Source: a virus (taxonomy: Duplodnaviria; Heunggongvirae; Uroviricota; Caudoviricetes). Taken from it: a stretch of DNA of 64,000 nt. The stretch's first letter is position 1; each line of letters begins with the position of its first letter. The notes under the pieces were generated by a model. That model ran no database searches. It was not told where the DNA came from and worked only from the letters and a program-made list of their open reading frames with translations. The DNA is taken from positions 170,295 to 234,294 of IMG/VR virus record IMGVR_UViG_3300003310_000099. One strand, written 5' to 3'. Shown here piece by piece: positions 30,297 through 40,818 of the stretch. The position numbers and the translations under genes were made by a program.

Positions 30297-30488
30297 GATC
30301 GTCCTTGACGAAGGGAAGCCACTCTATGGTACTGTCACCGATTTGATTCATGAACAAGGTCCAGCATGGCCAGCTTTATATGAAGTCAACTTGGGTACTG
30401 AGGAAAAACCTGAATTGAAACTTTACTACGAGTATGGCATGGGTTATGAACTATTTTTCATCCCTAAAGAGGATTACCAAGTGAACTT

Positions 30489-31352
30489 ATGAAGGACAGA
30501 ATTAATTCCGAAATCATCACAGCGTTAAAGAACAATCAAGTACCTTGGCAGAAACCGTGGGTTGGATGGGGAGATAACTTAGGCTTTCCCCGCAACATCG
30601 GTTCCAGGCTAAAGTATTTCGGCATTAATTTTGTTCTGTTGCAAATGGCGGCAAAACGTCATGGCTTTAAGAGCAAGTGGTGGGGAACAGCACACGATTT
30701 TAAGGCTTTTGGCTATAAAATTGCTGAACGTCCACCACATGTTGAAGTGGGCTGCTGGGGCACCGTAATAGTTTCTTACAAAATTAAAGAACTAAAAGTA
30801 GAAGCTATCCCTGAGATTGTATACAATGCAGATCAACTTAGTGTGCCTTTTGATGCATGTGTGGCTAAGGCGAAGTTAAAGGTTGATTACGAGTTTGGGG
30901 ATAAAGTTCTGAGTAAGGTTCCTGTGGAAGTAAAGCTTAATGAGGAAGGAAAAGCTTTATATTACTATCCACCACAAGACTATATTACAATGCCATCCAA
31001 AATTGATTTTGAGATGGGCATAAATGGTCTGCCAGCTTATTACGAATGCTTAGCTCATGAATTAATGCACTATACTGAAACAAGGTTAAACTTCAAGACT
31101 GAGTATGAGGCTATTCGTGAGTTAAGGGCAGAGATTGGGGCGGCGATGCTGATGCAGGAGTTAAGGCTACCACACAGCATTACTTTATCTAATTTCAGGA
31201 AGTGGTCTGAAATCTGGGTTAATTTCATGACAAATACACCTAATTTAATTTTCAGGCTTACCGCTTCGGCATCAAGGGCAGTGGACTATATCCTTTCTTT
31301 CAGTGATTTAGATGAAGAAAGGTTCAATGAAGTCAGTGAAAATGTAGCTTAG
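30489..31352 (+). CDS. ardC: ArdC-like antirestriction / ssDNA-binding protein with zincin-like domain
   Basis: VPWQKPW, P.N..S...Y.GIN..LL, W.T, VYNADQ, YY.P..D.I.MP, AHELMH.T, EL.AEIGAA.L. Confidence 0.8.
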   Translation: MKDRINSEIITALKNNQVPWQKPWVGWGDNLGFPRNIGSRLKYFGINFVLLQMAAKRHGFKSKWWGTAHDFKAFGYKIAERPPHVEVGCWGTVIVSYKIKELKVEAIPEIVYNADQLSVPFDACVAKAKLKVDYEFGDKVLSKVPVEVKLNEEGKALYYYPPQDYITMPSKIDFEMGINGLPAYYECLAHELMHYTETRLNFKTEYEAIRELRAEIGAAMLMQELRLPHSITLSNFRKWSEIWVNFMTNTPNLIFRLTASASRAVDYILSFSDLDEERFNEVSENVA

Positions 31353-32219
31353 GAGTTTTATGGCATTTACGATAGACGCAGTATGGGCTTATGTATCCAG
31401 AAATGATGATAATGAGGAAGGCATCTGCGGCTTCCAAGACCCAAGAACCAAGCAATGGTTGCCAATGATAGCTGGAGATAAAGAAAGACTACAGGTTCTT
31501 CGCCCATTCGCCCACCAGATTGCAAAAGTAACTAATAAAAAAGTAACGCTAGTTAAATTGAGCGTTCGAGAAGATTTGGAGACAATAGACCCATGAAATG
31601 GAGTGAATTAGCTGAATGGGTAAGAAATACTAAGAAACTGGACGAACAGGTGGAAATGTTTGTGGAGGAACCAGAGCCGAATGAGGCAGACTTTACCATC
31701 GAAGGCGTAGGTCCAGTGTTTAGTGCGCCGTTTACTGGTTATACATGTAAACGATATGCTGAACCAAGTTCTCACATACATATAGATTTGTGGGAAAGTG
31801 AATACTACAGTCCATACACATGGCAGCAGTTATTAGCCTGGCTTGCTACTGTTGAGGATGGTGATGCAACGGCATTGGCTGCTTGGCATTTACTACATTT
31901 GAAACCGATATCTGAGGATAGATTGTATGCTTATGAAAGGTTGGCTGAGCCGACAGCTAAATAATGCTCATAAAACCGTTCAATCACTTCCGCCTTGGAT
32001 GAGAGAGGAGCCTAAAATGAAGCTTACTTTTGGCGACTTGCAAATTGGTGATTATTTTATTGGATTCCCGTTGGATGGGGATAACGCAGGTCATGGTGGA
32101 TATTTAGGAAAACACAATGTTTTCAAGAAGCTGGCTGAGCCTAATGCGGCTATCATGTTAGCTACCAAGACAATTAGCCACATGCCTAATAGCATGTTTG
32201 TTTTAAGGGTGGATTTATA

Positions 32220-32675
32220 ATGATCGAATTCAAGCTGGATGATATCTTCAAATCCGACTGCGAAGCTATCACTAACACAGTAAATTGTGTTGGTGCAATG
32301 GGTGCTGGTCTGGCACTAGCATTCAAACGTCGGTATCCAGAAATGTATAAAGAATACGTTGAAGTTTGCAATAAGGGCGAACTACGTCCTGGTAAATTGC
32401 ACATTTGGGAAAATCCTAATAGCCCTCCAAAATATATTATTAACTTCCCAACCAAAGACGATTTCCGTAAAGATTCAGAAATGAGTTATATCATCGAAGG
32501 ACTCGTAACCTTGAAGGATGAAATCAAAGCCAGGGGTATTAAGTCTATTGCTGTACCTAGTTTAGGATGCGGATACGGGGGACTTTTGTATGAGGATGTT
32601 AAGCCTCTACTTGAACAATTTGCCAAAAATTTACCAGAAAACATAAAAATTGTTATTTATGAGCCATTAAATTAA
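32220..32675 (+). CDS. Macro domain protein (DarG/Poa1-like ADP-ribose hydrolase)
   Basis: NTVNCVGAMGAGLALAFK, IINFPTK, SIAVP.LGCG.GGL. Confidence 0.9.
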   Translation: MIEFKLDDIFKSDCEAITNTVNCVGAMGAGLALAFKRRYPEMYKEYVEVCNKGELRPGKLHIWENPNSPPKYIINFPTKDDFRKDSEMSYIIEGLVTLKDEIKARGIKSIAVPSLGCGYGGLLYEDVKPLLEQFAKNLPENIKIVIYEPLN

Positions 32676-32680
32676 GTAAA

Positions 32681-32726
32681 TGTAACTATCCTATTCCATG
32701 CACATTTATGGAATAGGATAGTTATG
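32681..32726 (+). promoter_or_regulatory. 17-bp hairpin sequestering the RBS and ATG of an HNH gene
   Basis: TAACTATCCTATTCCAT (32683-99) pairs with ATGGAATAGGATAGTTA (32708-24), which includes the A of the start codon. Confidence 0.75.
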
Positions 32727-33380
32727 AATAATTTATGTTGTTGTGGGTGCGGTCAAGTAGTCGAGAAGTCAAAAAGTAAAGGCTACACAAGAAAGTACGC
32801 AAATGGCCATGAGCGCGTTGCTAGAGTATTGAACTACCGAATCAAGAAGACTAAAAAATGCAATGGGTGTAAAAAAGAAAAGAATATCGGAGAATTTAGT
32901 GTTAGAAATTTTACCGCTTCAAACGGACTAACATATGAAAGGTTAAGGAGTAGATGCAAAAAATGTGAAGGTGATTATGCGCATAATGTTTGGACAACGA
33001 ATCCAGAACTAAGAAGTCGTAGACGTGAATACAAAAGAAATGATAGGTCACTCAAAAGTTTGATTCAGAACCGCATTGCATCTTGGAAAAAGAAAACTCC
33101 TAACTCCGACTTGACAACTGAATATTTGCTGGGTGTTTTTGAAAAACAAGAAGGCAAATGCTATTACACTGGACAGCTTTTAGAGACGCTTAAAGCATTT
33201 GAATGGAAAGAAAAATTCCAGAACAGTATTTCTCTCGATAGACTCGATCCAGACAAAGGCTATATGCAGGGCAATGTGGTTTTTTGTTCATATGTAATCA
33301 ACACCATGAAAGGCACATTGACAGAACAAGCTTTCTATGAAAAAATGAAATTTATTTTGGCAAATAAAAACCAGAATTGA
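32724..33380 (+). CDS. HNH-like homing endonuclease
   Basis: CCCGCG, CNGC..CKKC, GKCYYTG, SLDRLDP.KGY.QGNVV.C...IN.MK. Confidence 0.85.
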   Translation: MNNLCCCGCGQVVEKSKSKGYTRKYANGHERVARVLNYRIKKTKKCNGCKKEKNIGEFSVRNFTASNGLTYERLRSRCKKCEGDYAHNVWTTNPELRSRRREYKRNDRSLKSLIQNRIASWKKKTPNSDLTTEYLLGVFEKQEGKCYYTGQLLETLKAFEWKEKFQNSISLDRLDPDKGYMQGNVVFCSYVINTMKGTLTEQAFYEKMKFILANKNQN

Positions 33381-33480
33381 GGCGGACGTAAGAGATGAAA
33401 GGTAGTGCTATCGCTTGGACGCGATACAGTGGAAGAGAAGTCATGGCTTGGATAGACGGCAAGATCGTTGCGCTGCGTAC

Positions 33481-33508
33481 TTTACAAACAGCAACTTTGT
33501 AGTATCAT
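33481..33508 (+). promoter_or_regulatory. Sigma70-type promoter
   Basis: TTTACA-N16-TATCAT preceded by TTGTAG; the gene starts at about 33543 after AAGGA. Confidence 0.6.
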
Positions 33509-34447
33509 AACTGTGACAACAACCAACAACAAGGAACAAACCATGAAGAAGACTTACCAGTTTTTCAACCGCACGAAGACCACCCAGCCAGCTTTTATGG
33601 GCAAGCTAAATGGGTATTTGGCTAGGTCATGGGGCAGTCTCGGCAGCATTTCGGTTAGCCTCAGCCAGCCTAAGCCCAATGAATACGAAATCATGTTCTT
33701 CCCCGCCGTGCGAGAACTGCATGGTGGTAAGAACGACGGTGAATTGTACTTCCCTGGATTTACGCTCAATATTGGTAAGTTCATCCGCGTATTCGACAAA
33801 GACCCGTCCCCAAAGGTTAAATTTGATTGCTTACAGCAATGTACAGTTGAACATCTACTGTTCATTGGCAGGATTGATGGCTCTAAGGTCAAGGTAGCTA
33901 TTCTTTCTGGACCGCCGCAAGGACAGGCTCCAGTGGAGAAGGTATATACTCAGGGACCGAAGAAGGGTATGATTGAACCTATCGAGAGGGTGTAATGAAC
34001 CCTATTGAAAAATTGCGTCAAGGTGCCCGCCGTGCTAGTGGGTATCTCGACCTGTATAACATGACTGGTTCCGATGAAATGAAACAGCGTTGCGACAAGG
34101 AATTAGAAGAAGTTTTGTATAACAAAGAAATAGAAGAAGCATTTGACCGCATGGCATGGGAAGATGAGTTGGAACGGCAAAGCGAGGATTACTTCATTGA
34201 CCCATAAAATGTATAGAACTCAAAGATATCAAGAAGTTGCGGGTGATGCCACCATTTTGGATTTGGCACTAGCTTTACATTGCTGCTGTTCAGGAGCATG
34301 TGAAGGTGAACCAAAACATATGGAGGCTATTGCCGAAGTGTTAAGAGAAGTAATTAACACTTGGAAGCCACCAATTCCACAATACGCAGCTTTTGATAAT
34401 GCTTGCTTCCAAGTTGTGGAGGCAGCGTTATATGAGTATGAAAATTC

Positions 34448-35077
34448 ATGAAAGATTATCCATCTATACCTAAAGTTCTAAAAGATCATATCGACTCTGA
34501 CTGCATTGCATTCTATAAGTACGATGGCAGTCAAATTAGAGTAGAATGGTCCAAGAAAAAAGGCTGGCATAAGTTCGCAACCAGAGGCCAACTCTTCGAT
34601 AAGTCGGAGAAGACTTTCGGTTGCGCCGTAGACATTTTCAACAACACACATGCCGAAGCCTTGAACAAAGTCATCCAAGACAAATATCCTAAAGCCACAG
34701 AAATCCTGGCATTCTTGGAATTTGTAGGACCACATTCATTCGCTGGACTCCATGACCCTGGAATCTTGAATGTAGAAAGTAATGATCCCAAGGAACTAGT
34801 CCTTTTCGATATCAATATCCACAAAAAGGGCATTGTAAGTCCAGCAGAGTTTGTCAAAAACTTCTCCCACCTTCGCTCTGCCGAAGTTCTATACCAAGGC
34901 AAGCTAAACGACGACTTCATCAAGGATGTTCGTGAAGGTAAGTTTAAGGGTGAGGAAGGTGTCGTCTGTAAGGGTGGAGAAGGGCACAAAATTTGGATGG
35001 CAAAGATTAAGACTTGGGCATATTTGAAGAAGATTCAGAAGTTTTTTGGTAGCAGTTATGGGAGCTATTGGGAGTAA
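34448..35077 (+). CDS. RNA-ligase-like nucleotidyltransferase (second copy)
   Basis: YPSI, KYDGS, EFVG, LFDI, EGVVCK, AKIK motifs. Confidence 0.75.
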   Translation: MKDYPSIPKVLKDHIDSDCIAFYKYDGSQIRVEWSKKKGWHKFATRGQLFDKSEKTFGCAVDIFNNTHAEALNKVIQDKYPKATEILAFLEFVGPHSFAGLHDPGILNVESNDPKELVLFDINIHKKGIVSPAEFVKNFSHLRSAEVLYQGKLNDDFIKDVREGKFKGEEGVVCKGGEGHKIWMAKIKTWAYLKKIQKFFGSSYGSYWE

Positions 35078-35079
35078 AC

Positions 35080-35463
35080 ATGTTCTACTTGGATTGCTTT
35101 ATTGAGTCAGACAAAAACTTCCCTGTTAATTCTTATTGTGATGAAGACCCCGAAAAGTTGGCCAAGGTTGGTGCCGCACTACTAAAGATTGAAAATAATA
35201 TTGGCATAAATGAGCTAATTGGGCATCCCTTGGAAGAAATTATTCGTTATTATGTCGAAGAAACACTTAAATTGACTAATGACAGTCGTGAAGAAGCCGC
35301 CCGTATTCTTGGCATTGGCGAAAGAACAATATATCGCTATATTCAGGCGTGGAAAGACCAGCCAATGAAGCCGATTAAAAAAAAGAACATTTCAGGCATT
35401 GCGGAAATAAGAATAAGCAAAGAAACCAAAGGTATGAGTCCCATTAAACTTGAAGGTGATTAA
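35080..35463 (+). CDS. Fis-type helix-turn-helix protein (NtrC C-terminal-like)
   Basis: PLEEI..YY.EETLKLT...REEAARILGIGERTIYR. Confidence 0.8.
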   Translation: MFYLDCFIESDKNFPVNSYCDEDPEKLAKVGAALLKIENNIGINELIGHPLEEIIRYYVEETLKLTNDSREEAARILGIGERTIYRYIQAWKDQPMKPIKKKNISGIAEIRISKETKGMSPIKLEGD

Positions 35464-36518
35464 TGGAATCCTACATCGTCGGCGGCACTTTTGATAAGGA
35501 TGGCGGCAAGCCATCCTATATCGTTGGTGAAATTGCCAAGGAAACTGGTTTCTATCCCATCAATGGCGGCAACCTCAATCAATTGCAGAATTTTGATTTC
35601 TCCAAAGTTCAAACAATTATCTGGATGCCCAATGTCTCCAACGACGAAGCCAAGATTCTCCCAGACATTAAGAAAGCAAACCAAAAGCTGCTACTAGTAT
35701 CCTCTAAACGAGCTATCGAAAAGGATTACAAAGAGTCTGATGTAATTGGTCACTTATTGGCCAATAAGTCCAACCTTGGCATCATGATTACCAAGGAAGA
35801 TAAATATAACTTTAAGCTGCTAGACCCATTAGGCAATATCTGGGCTGATACTATATCTATTCCTCAGCTTTGCACCAAAATGCTTAATAGGTTAGATTTC
35901 CTTGGCAGCTTAACTAGATTTGGTTCAGAGAAGATTGGTGAGCTTAGACCATTTGATGTTGATTTAGCATTCTTGAAGATTATCCAGCGATTTGGCAATG
36001 AATTCACAAACTATGTGAATGCAGTGAATCCTAATCGTTTCCTGGGCAATGCTGCAACTCGTTGCTCTTATGGTTTTCCTTCTACAAGGAAGAATAATAG
36101 AATTTTTGTAACTCGCAGGAACGTGGATAAAACTTCCATTCAGGCGAATGATTTTGTAGAAGTTGAACCTAAAGGTGATAAAGTTGGGTATTATGGGGAT
36201 AATAAGCCATCGGTGGATACACCGATTCAGTTGAAGTTGTTTGAGCAATATCCGAATGTCAACTACATGATTCATGGGCATGTATATGCGCAAGAATCGC
36301 CTTTTACGGGTTGGATGGACACAAGGAAACCAGCAACGTCCAAGATTCCTTGCGGCTGTATCGAGGAAATTTATGAGATAGAGAAATTATTCCCAGAGCG
36401 AAGCAGTTGGAATTTTACTGTGAACCTGTTCGGTCATGGTTTTCTTGCGTTTGCTAAAGATTTAGAATATTTCGATAAAATTATGCTAAGGGGTAGGCCA
36501 TTCCCTGAAACTGTTTGA
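35463..36518 (+). CDS. Class II aldolase/adducin-domain protein
   Basis: GN...R, KPSVDTPIQ..LF..YP.VNYMIHGH, GHG.LA. Confidence 0.65.
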   Translation: MESYIVGGTFDKDGGKPSYIVGEIAKETGFYPINGGNLNQLQNFDFSKVQTIIWMPNVSNDEAKILPDIKKANQKLLLVSSKRAIEKDYKESDVIGHLLANKSNLGIMITKEDKYNFKLLDPLGNIWADTISIPQLCTKMLNRLDFLGSLTRFGSEKIGELRPFDVDLAFLKIIQRFGNEFTNYVNAVNPNRFLGNAATRCSYGFPSTRKNNRIFVTRRNVDKTSIQANDFVEVEPKGDKVGYYGDNKPSVDTPIQLKLFEQYPNVNYMIHGHVYAQESPFTGWMDTRKPATSKIPCGCIEEIYEIEKLFPERSSWNFTVNLFGHGFLAFAKDLEYFDKIMLRGRPFPETV

Positions 36519-36835
36519 CAAATGTGCAAGGATAGCGTAAGCTAAAGGAGGCTTAATACATGGAGGCTGCATATGAAACTTTCCATAAAAGAAATCAAAG
36601 AATCGGGCAAGGCTACTCCTGTAAAGTATGTTCGAGTGGGCGAAAAAGACTTTAGATTCGCTTCGCCAGAGAGCTATACCAATCACTCAGATTTGGTAGA
36701 AAAGCATGAAAATCCAGTCTCGGCTGGATTCTTCATCTATGTTGATGGTGACATACACCTTCAAGATTCGCCATCTACCACCCTGAAATTAGGACCAAAA
36801 GCAGAAGACCAAGGGCTTTTGGAGGATATTTTCAA

Positions 36836-37288
36836 ATGAAAAATCGCAGAACAGTTTTGAAGACTATGTTGGGTAGCGTCCTTGGATTTCTAGGTTTTAC
36901 GCAAACCAAGGAAGTGATAGCAGAAGACCTGGGTGTTAGTAGTTGCTCATTGAGAAGTAGCAACGGTATTGTGTGCTTTGATATTGATGATGTTATGGTG
37001 TGCGACCGCAACATTAACGTTACAACTAATAACAGATTGATTTCAAAGCCTTCAATGTCTGTAATAAGCCAAATGATTTACGGACCAACGCCGATTAATG
37101 GAACGGTAATTTTAACCAGGGATGGGTTGAAGCAGAAAATAGAATTTAAGAATTATGCTGTAAGATGTTACGGGCTTAAATACAATGGACAACACCAAAT
37201 GGATGCTGTTCATCAACATGATGTTTTGTCATTCAATGAGAATGATATAGTGATGGTTATTGATTTGGTGCCATATGACAACACATGA
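36836..37288 (+). CDS. Hypothetical protein with twin-arginine-like N-terminus
   Basis: MKNRRTVLKTMLGSVLGFLGF. Confidence 0.55.
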   Translation: MKNRRTVLKTMLGSVLGFLGFTQTKEVIAEDLGVSSCSLRSSNGIVCFDIDDVMVCDRNINVTTNNRLISKPSMSVISQMIYGPTPINGTVILTRDGLKQKIEFKNYAVRCYGLKYNGQHQMDAVHQHDVLSFNENDIVMVIDLVPYDNT

Positions 37289-38938
37289 AAAGTTAGAGTA
37301 TCTGCAAAGTCTGAAAGCTGATGTATTCACAGTTGCAGAACTTAATATACTCATGTGGAATACAAGTAAAATGTTTGCCCATGAGTATGAAGAGTACGCT
37401 ATCCACATAGATAAAATTTATGAAAGAGTGAAAAAAGATGAAAGTTTACGAAACGAAAGTACATCCAGCACATGAATATAAAGCTCTTGTGTGTCGCTCT
37501 TGTGACCTATGTGGTAAGACAACCAAAGGTACTGATTGGCCTAAAGGGTTTTATTATGAAGTTAATGAAACAGAAATCAGTGTTAAGATTAAGCAAAAGG
37601 AAGGTCATAACTTTCCTGAAGGTGGGAATGGCACAGAATATGAAATAGACTTGTGCCCAGATTGTTTCAAAGACAAGTTAGTTCCTTGGCTCAAGTCTCA
37701 AGGTGCGAAAATAGAAGAAAAGGAATGGGATTGGTAATGTTATTTGCAGGTAAAACAAAATCTGGTAGTTGTCATTTGTGGCCTCGTTGGTGGGTATTTT
37801 TGTTTGGTGGTAATTACAATCAAGCCAACGGAGGTTATGGACGCTGTTACTCTATTATATCAAGAATCAGAAGATACTATCGTGAACGATGGTATGAACA
37901 ATATTCACTGATAGGCTGGATATGGCAACAAGGACCATACTCACATTAAAGGATAATATGCTTAGTAAATATCAAATAAAGACAATTCAGGATTTCATGC
38001 CGCCTGCTTGTACATTGTTAATGAAAAAGAACAATCTGCAATGCAGTGTCACCGCAACCAGAGTAGTATACGACGTTCTTACAAAACTACACTTCAAAGT
38101 CAAACCCTTGGCTGTTGAAGCAAGAGTGTACAACCCCATGTACACTCAGAAGTTGCGTCCACCAGAGAACGACGAAGAAGCAAATAAGTGGCTTGAAGAA
38201 GGTTGCTGGAGTGTAATTTTGGGTGATCTTGTGCCCAAAGCTGCCAACAAGTGGCCAGGACATTTAGTGGCCATTATCAACGATGCCTGTATCATGGATT
38301 TAACCATTGTACAAGCATATCGCCCTGATAAGAATTTAATTGTAAACCCTGTATTTGCTGAAATCAATGAAGCATTTATTCAGGGGGATATACAACGTGG
38401 CGTCATGAATAATGATTGCCTTATTGTATATCAGGCAGTCCCCTACAACCAAGATTGGTTAAAGGCTAAGGATTGGAGCAATAAGAAGGGTGTTGAGAAT
38501 ATTGAGAAGGATGTACTGGCAGAAATAAGGCTTAGAAATCGTCCTGTAAAGCAGAAGCAAGTGAGGAAAGATTCTTCAATACTGAGGGAATCAAAGCACT
38601 TAGCTTTGAAGGAGGGTTCTTATGAAGAAATCGCAGTCTCCAGACCGACCGAAATCACGAACATCCCAATCGCGGCAATCCCCCCGTTCAAAGAAGTTAT
38701 GTCGCCCAACACCGAAGGATGTGGGTCCGTTTAACATTGGCATAGCATTGGGCAAGATAAACGGTGCCATAGATGAACTTGTGTGGGCGAGTATGGGGTA
38801 TAACCCATCAGAAAGAAATCATCTAATGCACTGTATTACAAGAATGGCATTGATTGTTCATAGGTATCCAAATTCCGAGAACAAAAAAGCTGATGAAGAA
38901 TTGAAGATGCTGTTGCAGAAGTATGAGGAAAAATACGC

Positions 38939-39238
38939 ATGGCTGGACGAGCTTTGGTAGTCAATATCTACAAAGATAAATTCGATGTTTATATTGGAAG
39001 AAAAGGAAAAGGTCATGATGGTTATTTTGGCAACCCTTTCCGTTTGAAACATGAGGGTGAAAGAGCCGAAATCCTAGAATTGTATCGTAAGTATTTCTAC
39101 AACAGATTGGATACTGACCCAGAATTTAAGAGTAGGATTCTAGGTCTAAAAGATAAGGTATTGGGCTGTTTTTGCAAGCCTAAACTATGCCACGGTGACG
39201 TGATTGTTGAGTGGTTAAAGGAGCAAAATAATGTTTGA
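38939..39238 (+). CDS. DUF4326 family protein
   Basis: DVYIGR....GYFGNPF...LKDKVLGCFCKPKLCHGDVI. Confidence 0.88.
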   Translation: MAGRALVVNIYKDKFDVYIGRKGKGHDGYFGNPFRLKHEGERAEILELYRKYFYNRLDTDPEFKSRILGLKDKVLGCFCKPKLCHGDVIVEWLKEQNNV

Positions 39239-39872
39239 ATTATTCACCGACAGAGCCAGAAAAGTAGTACAATACGCCAAAGAAGATGCGTATAAGAGAA
39301 ATTTTGAATATGTTGGCACAGAATGTATCTTGATCGGCCTGCTCAGAGAACCAAATGGTGTTGCCAACCATGTTCTCGAAAGTCTTGACGTGAGCATTGG
39401 TCGTATTCATCTCGAAATAGAAAAAATAGTTCAGACTGGCCCTGATTATGAAGTTGATAGAGACAAAATTCCATTCTCCCCAAGAGCTAAGAAGTTGTTT
39501 GAATACTCCAAGGATGAGGCCAAGACTCTTAAACATAAGTACATCGGCACCGAACACCTTCTTCTTGGCCTATTGAGAGAAGAGGAAAGTATTGCTGCAC
39601 AAATTCTTTTGAATCTTGGCGTCAACGTCAAGGCTACTCGTAAGGCTGTAATGGAATTGTTAGGTCATCCTGATATGGACCGCTACCAATTCGATAAAGT
39701 GTACAGCAATGAAGGTGAGCTTTATAATGTATTGAAACTTTATGGCAATGGTGACAAAGAACATATTGCTTTCTTTGACAATACAACCAAAAAGTTATGC
39801 GTTCCCAAGGCAGTGGAACTTGATGAATTAGCAGAGGTAATCAACGCTTGTAAGGCAAAAAATGAAACGTAA
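39231..39872 (+). CDS. Clp N-terminal (double Clp-R) domain fused to an unrelated C-terminal domain, no AAA module
   Basis: MFELFTDRARKV..A...A....YVGTE.IL.GL.RE..GVA / PFSPRAKK..E....EA..L.H.YIGTEHLLLGLLRE. Confidence 0.9.
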   Translation: MFELFTDRARKVVQYAKEDAYKRNFEYVGTECILIGLLREPNGVANHVLESLDVSIGRIHLEIEKIVQTGPDYEVDRDKIPFSPRAKKLFEYSKDEAKTLKHKYIGTEHLLLGLLREEESIAAQILLNLGVNVKATRKAVMELLGHPDMDRYQFDKVYSNEGELYNVLKLYGNGDKEHIAFFDNTTKKLCVPKAVELDELAEVINACKAKNET

Positions 39873-40770
39873 AATTGTCAGAAGTAAATGTTACCGAGTC
39901 ATCAGAAAACTGCTTAAAACTACTACGCCAGAAGTAGTAACTGGCAATCTACTTGACCAAATCGACCTTGAAAAGTTATTAATGATAATTTGCAATGAGT
40001 GTGTTTTCAAGTCTAATGCAATTCTTAATAAGAAAAAGAAAAAGTCCTGGTATGGGGTAGCTCGCCTTATCCATCGAGCAATGGATGAACTAAAACTGGA
40101 AAAAGAAAAGAAAACCATTTTCAAAGTGTCCAGAAGAGACGTTTACACTTGTAAATGTAAGAAAAGGTTTTATGTTGATCCTTTACATGATAAAAACTGT
40201 GCATTTGACGTGGATCGGGGACTTGTTATTGTAACTTGCCCCCACTGTGGAAAGAAGGAATAAATCATGGGCGTAGATCATAATGCTTACATTGGGCCTT
40301 ATCTCCGTGTAACAGAAACGGTCAAGAAGGTCCAAATTGACCATTGTAAAAACCATGATCGTGGTGATGCTACTTATTGCCCTGAATGTGGTTTATCAAA
40401 ACAACAGCGTAGGGAAACACAAGAATGCAGTGATGCTCCTGATGATTGGGAAACTGAATATAAAAAAAATGGTAAAGAAGCTGATTTTAATGATTATCTT
40501 TGCTCCACATCTTTCATGTCATCCCCAGATATTATTAAAGGTAAGCGCACCTATCTTTACACACCAAACCGTTATTACGAAGAATTGAACATACCTGATA
40601 TTGATGGTGACAAGTATTCAGAAGAAGAAGTGCCATTTGACGAAATTGACGTTCCAGGGACAATTAAGAAGTTCAAAAAGCTTTTTAAGGATGAAATTGC
40701 TTATTTGGAGCAATGGTTTGAAGTGGAAGTTAAGTTTGGTTACATTAGTTATTGCTCTTAAAATTTATTC

Positions 40771-40817
40771 AGCCTTCTTGAGTCACATGTGTAAATAATA
40801 TGTGACTCAAGGAGGTT
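40771..40817 (+). promoter_or_regulatory. RBS-sequestering hairpin with TAAATA in the loop
   Basis: CCTTCTTGAGTCACAT pairs with ATGTGACTCAAGGAGG, covering the AGGAGG RBS of 40819. Confidence 0.75.
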
Positions 40818-40818
40818 A

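Noticed and set aside
32548-32561. Partial motif match TGCTGTACCTAG in the macro-domain gene (and TAGCTTAG at 31345)
   Set aside because: The core is incomplete; the first lies inside a CDS, and both are plausible by chance.
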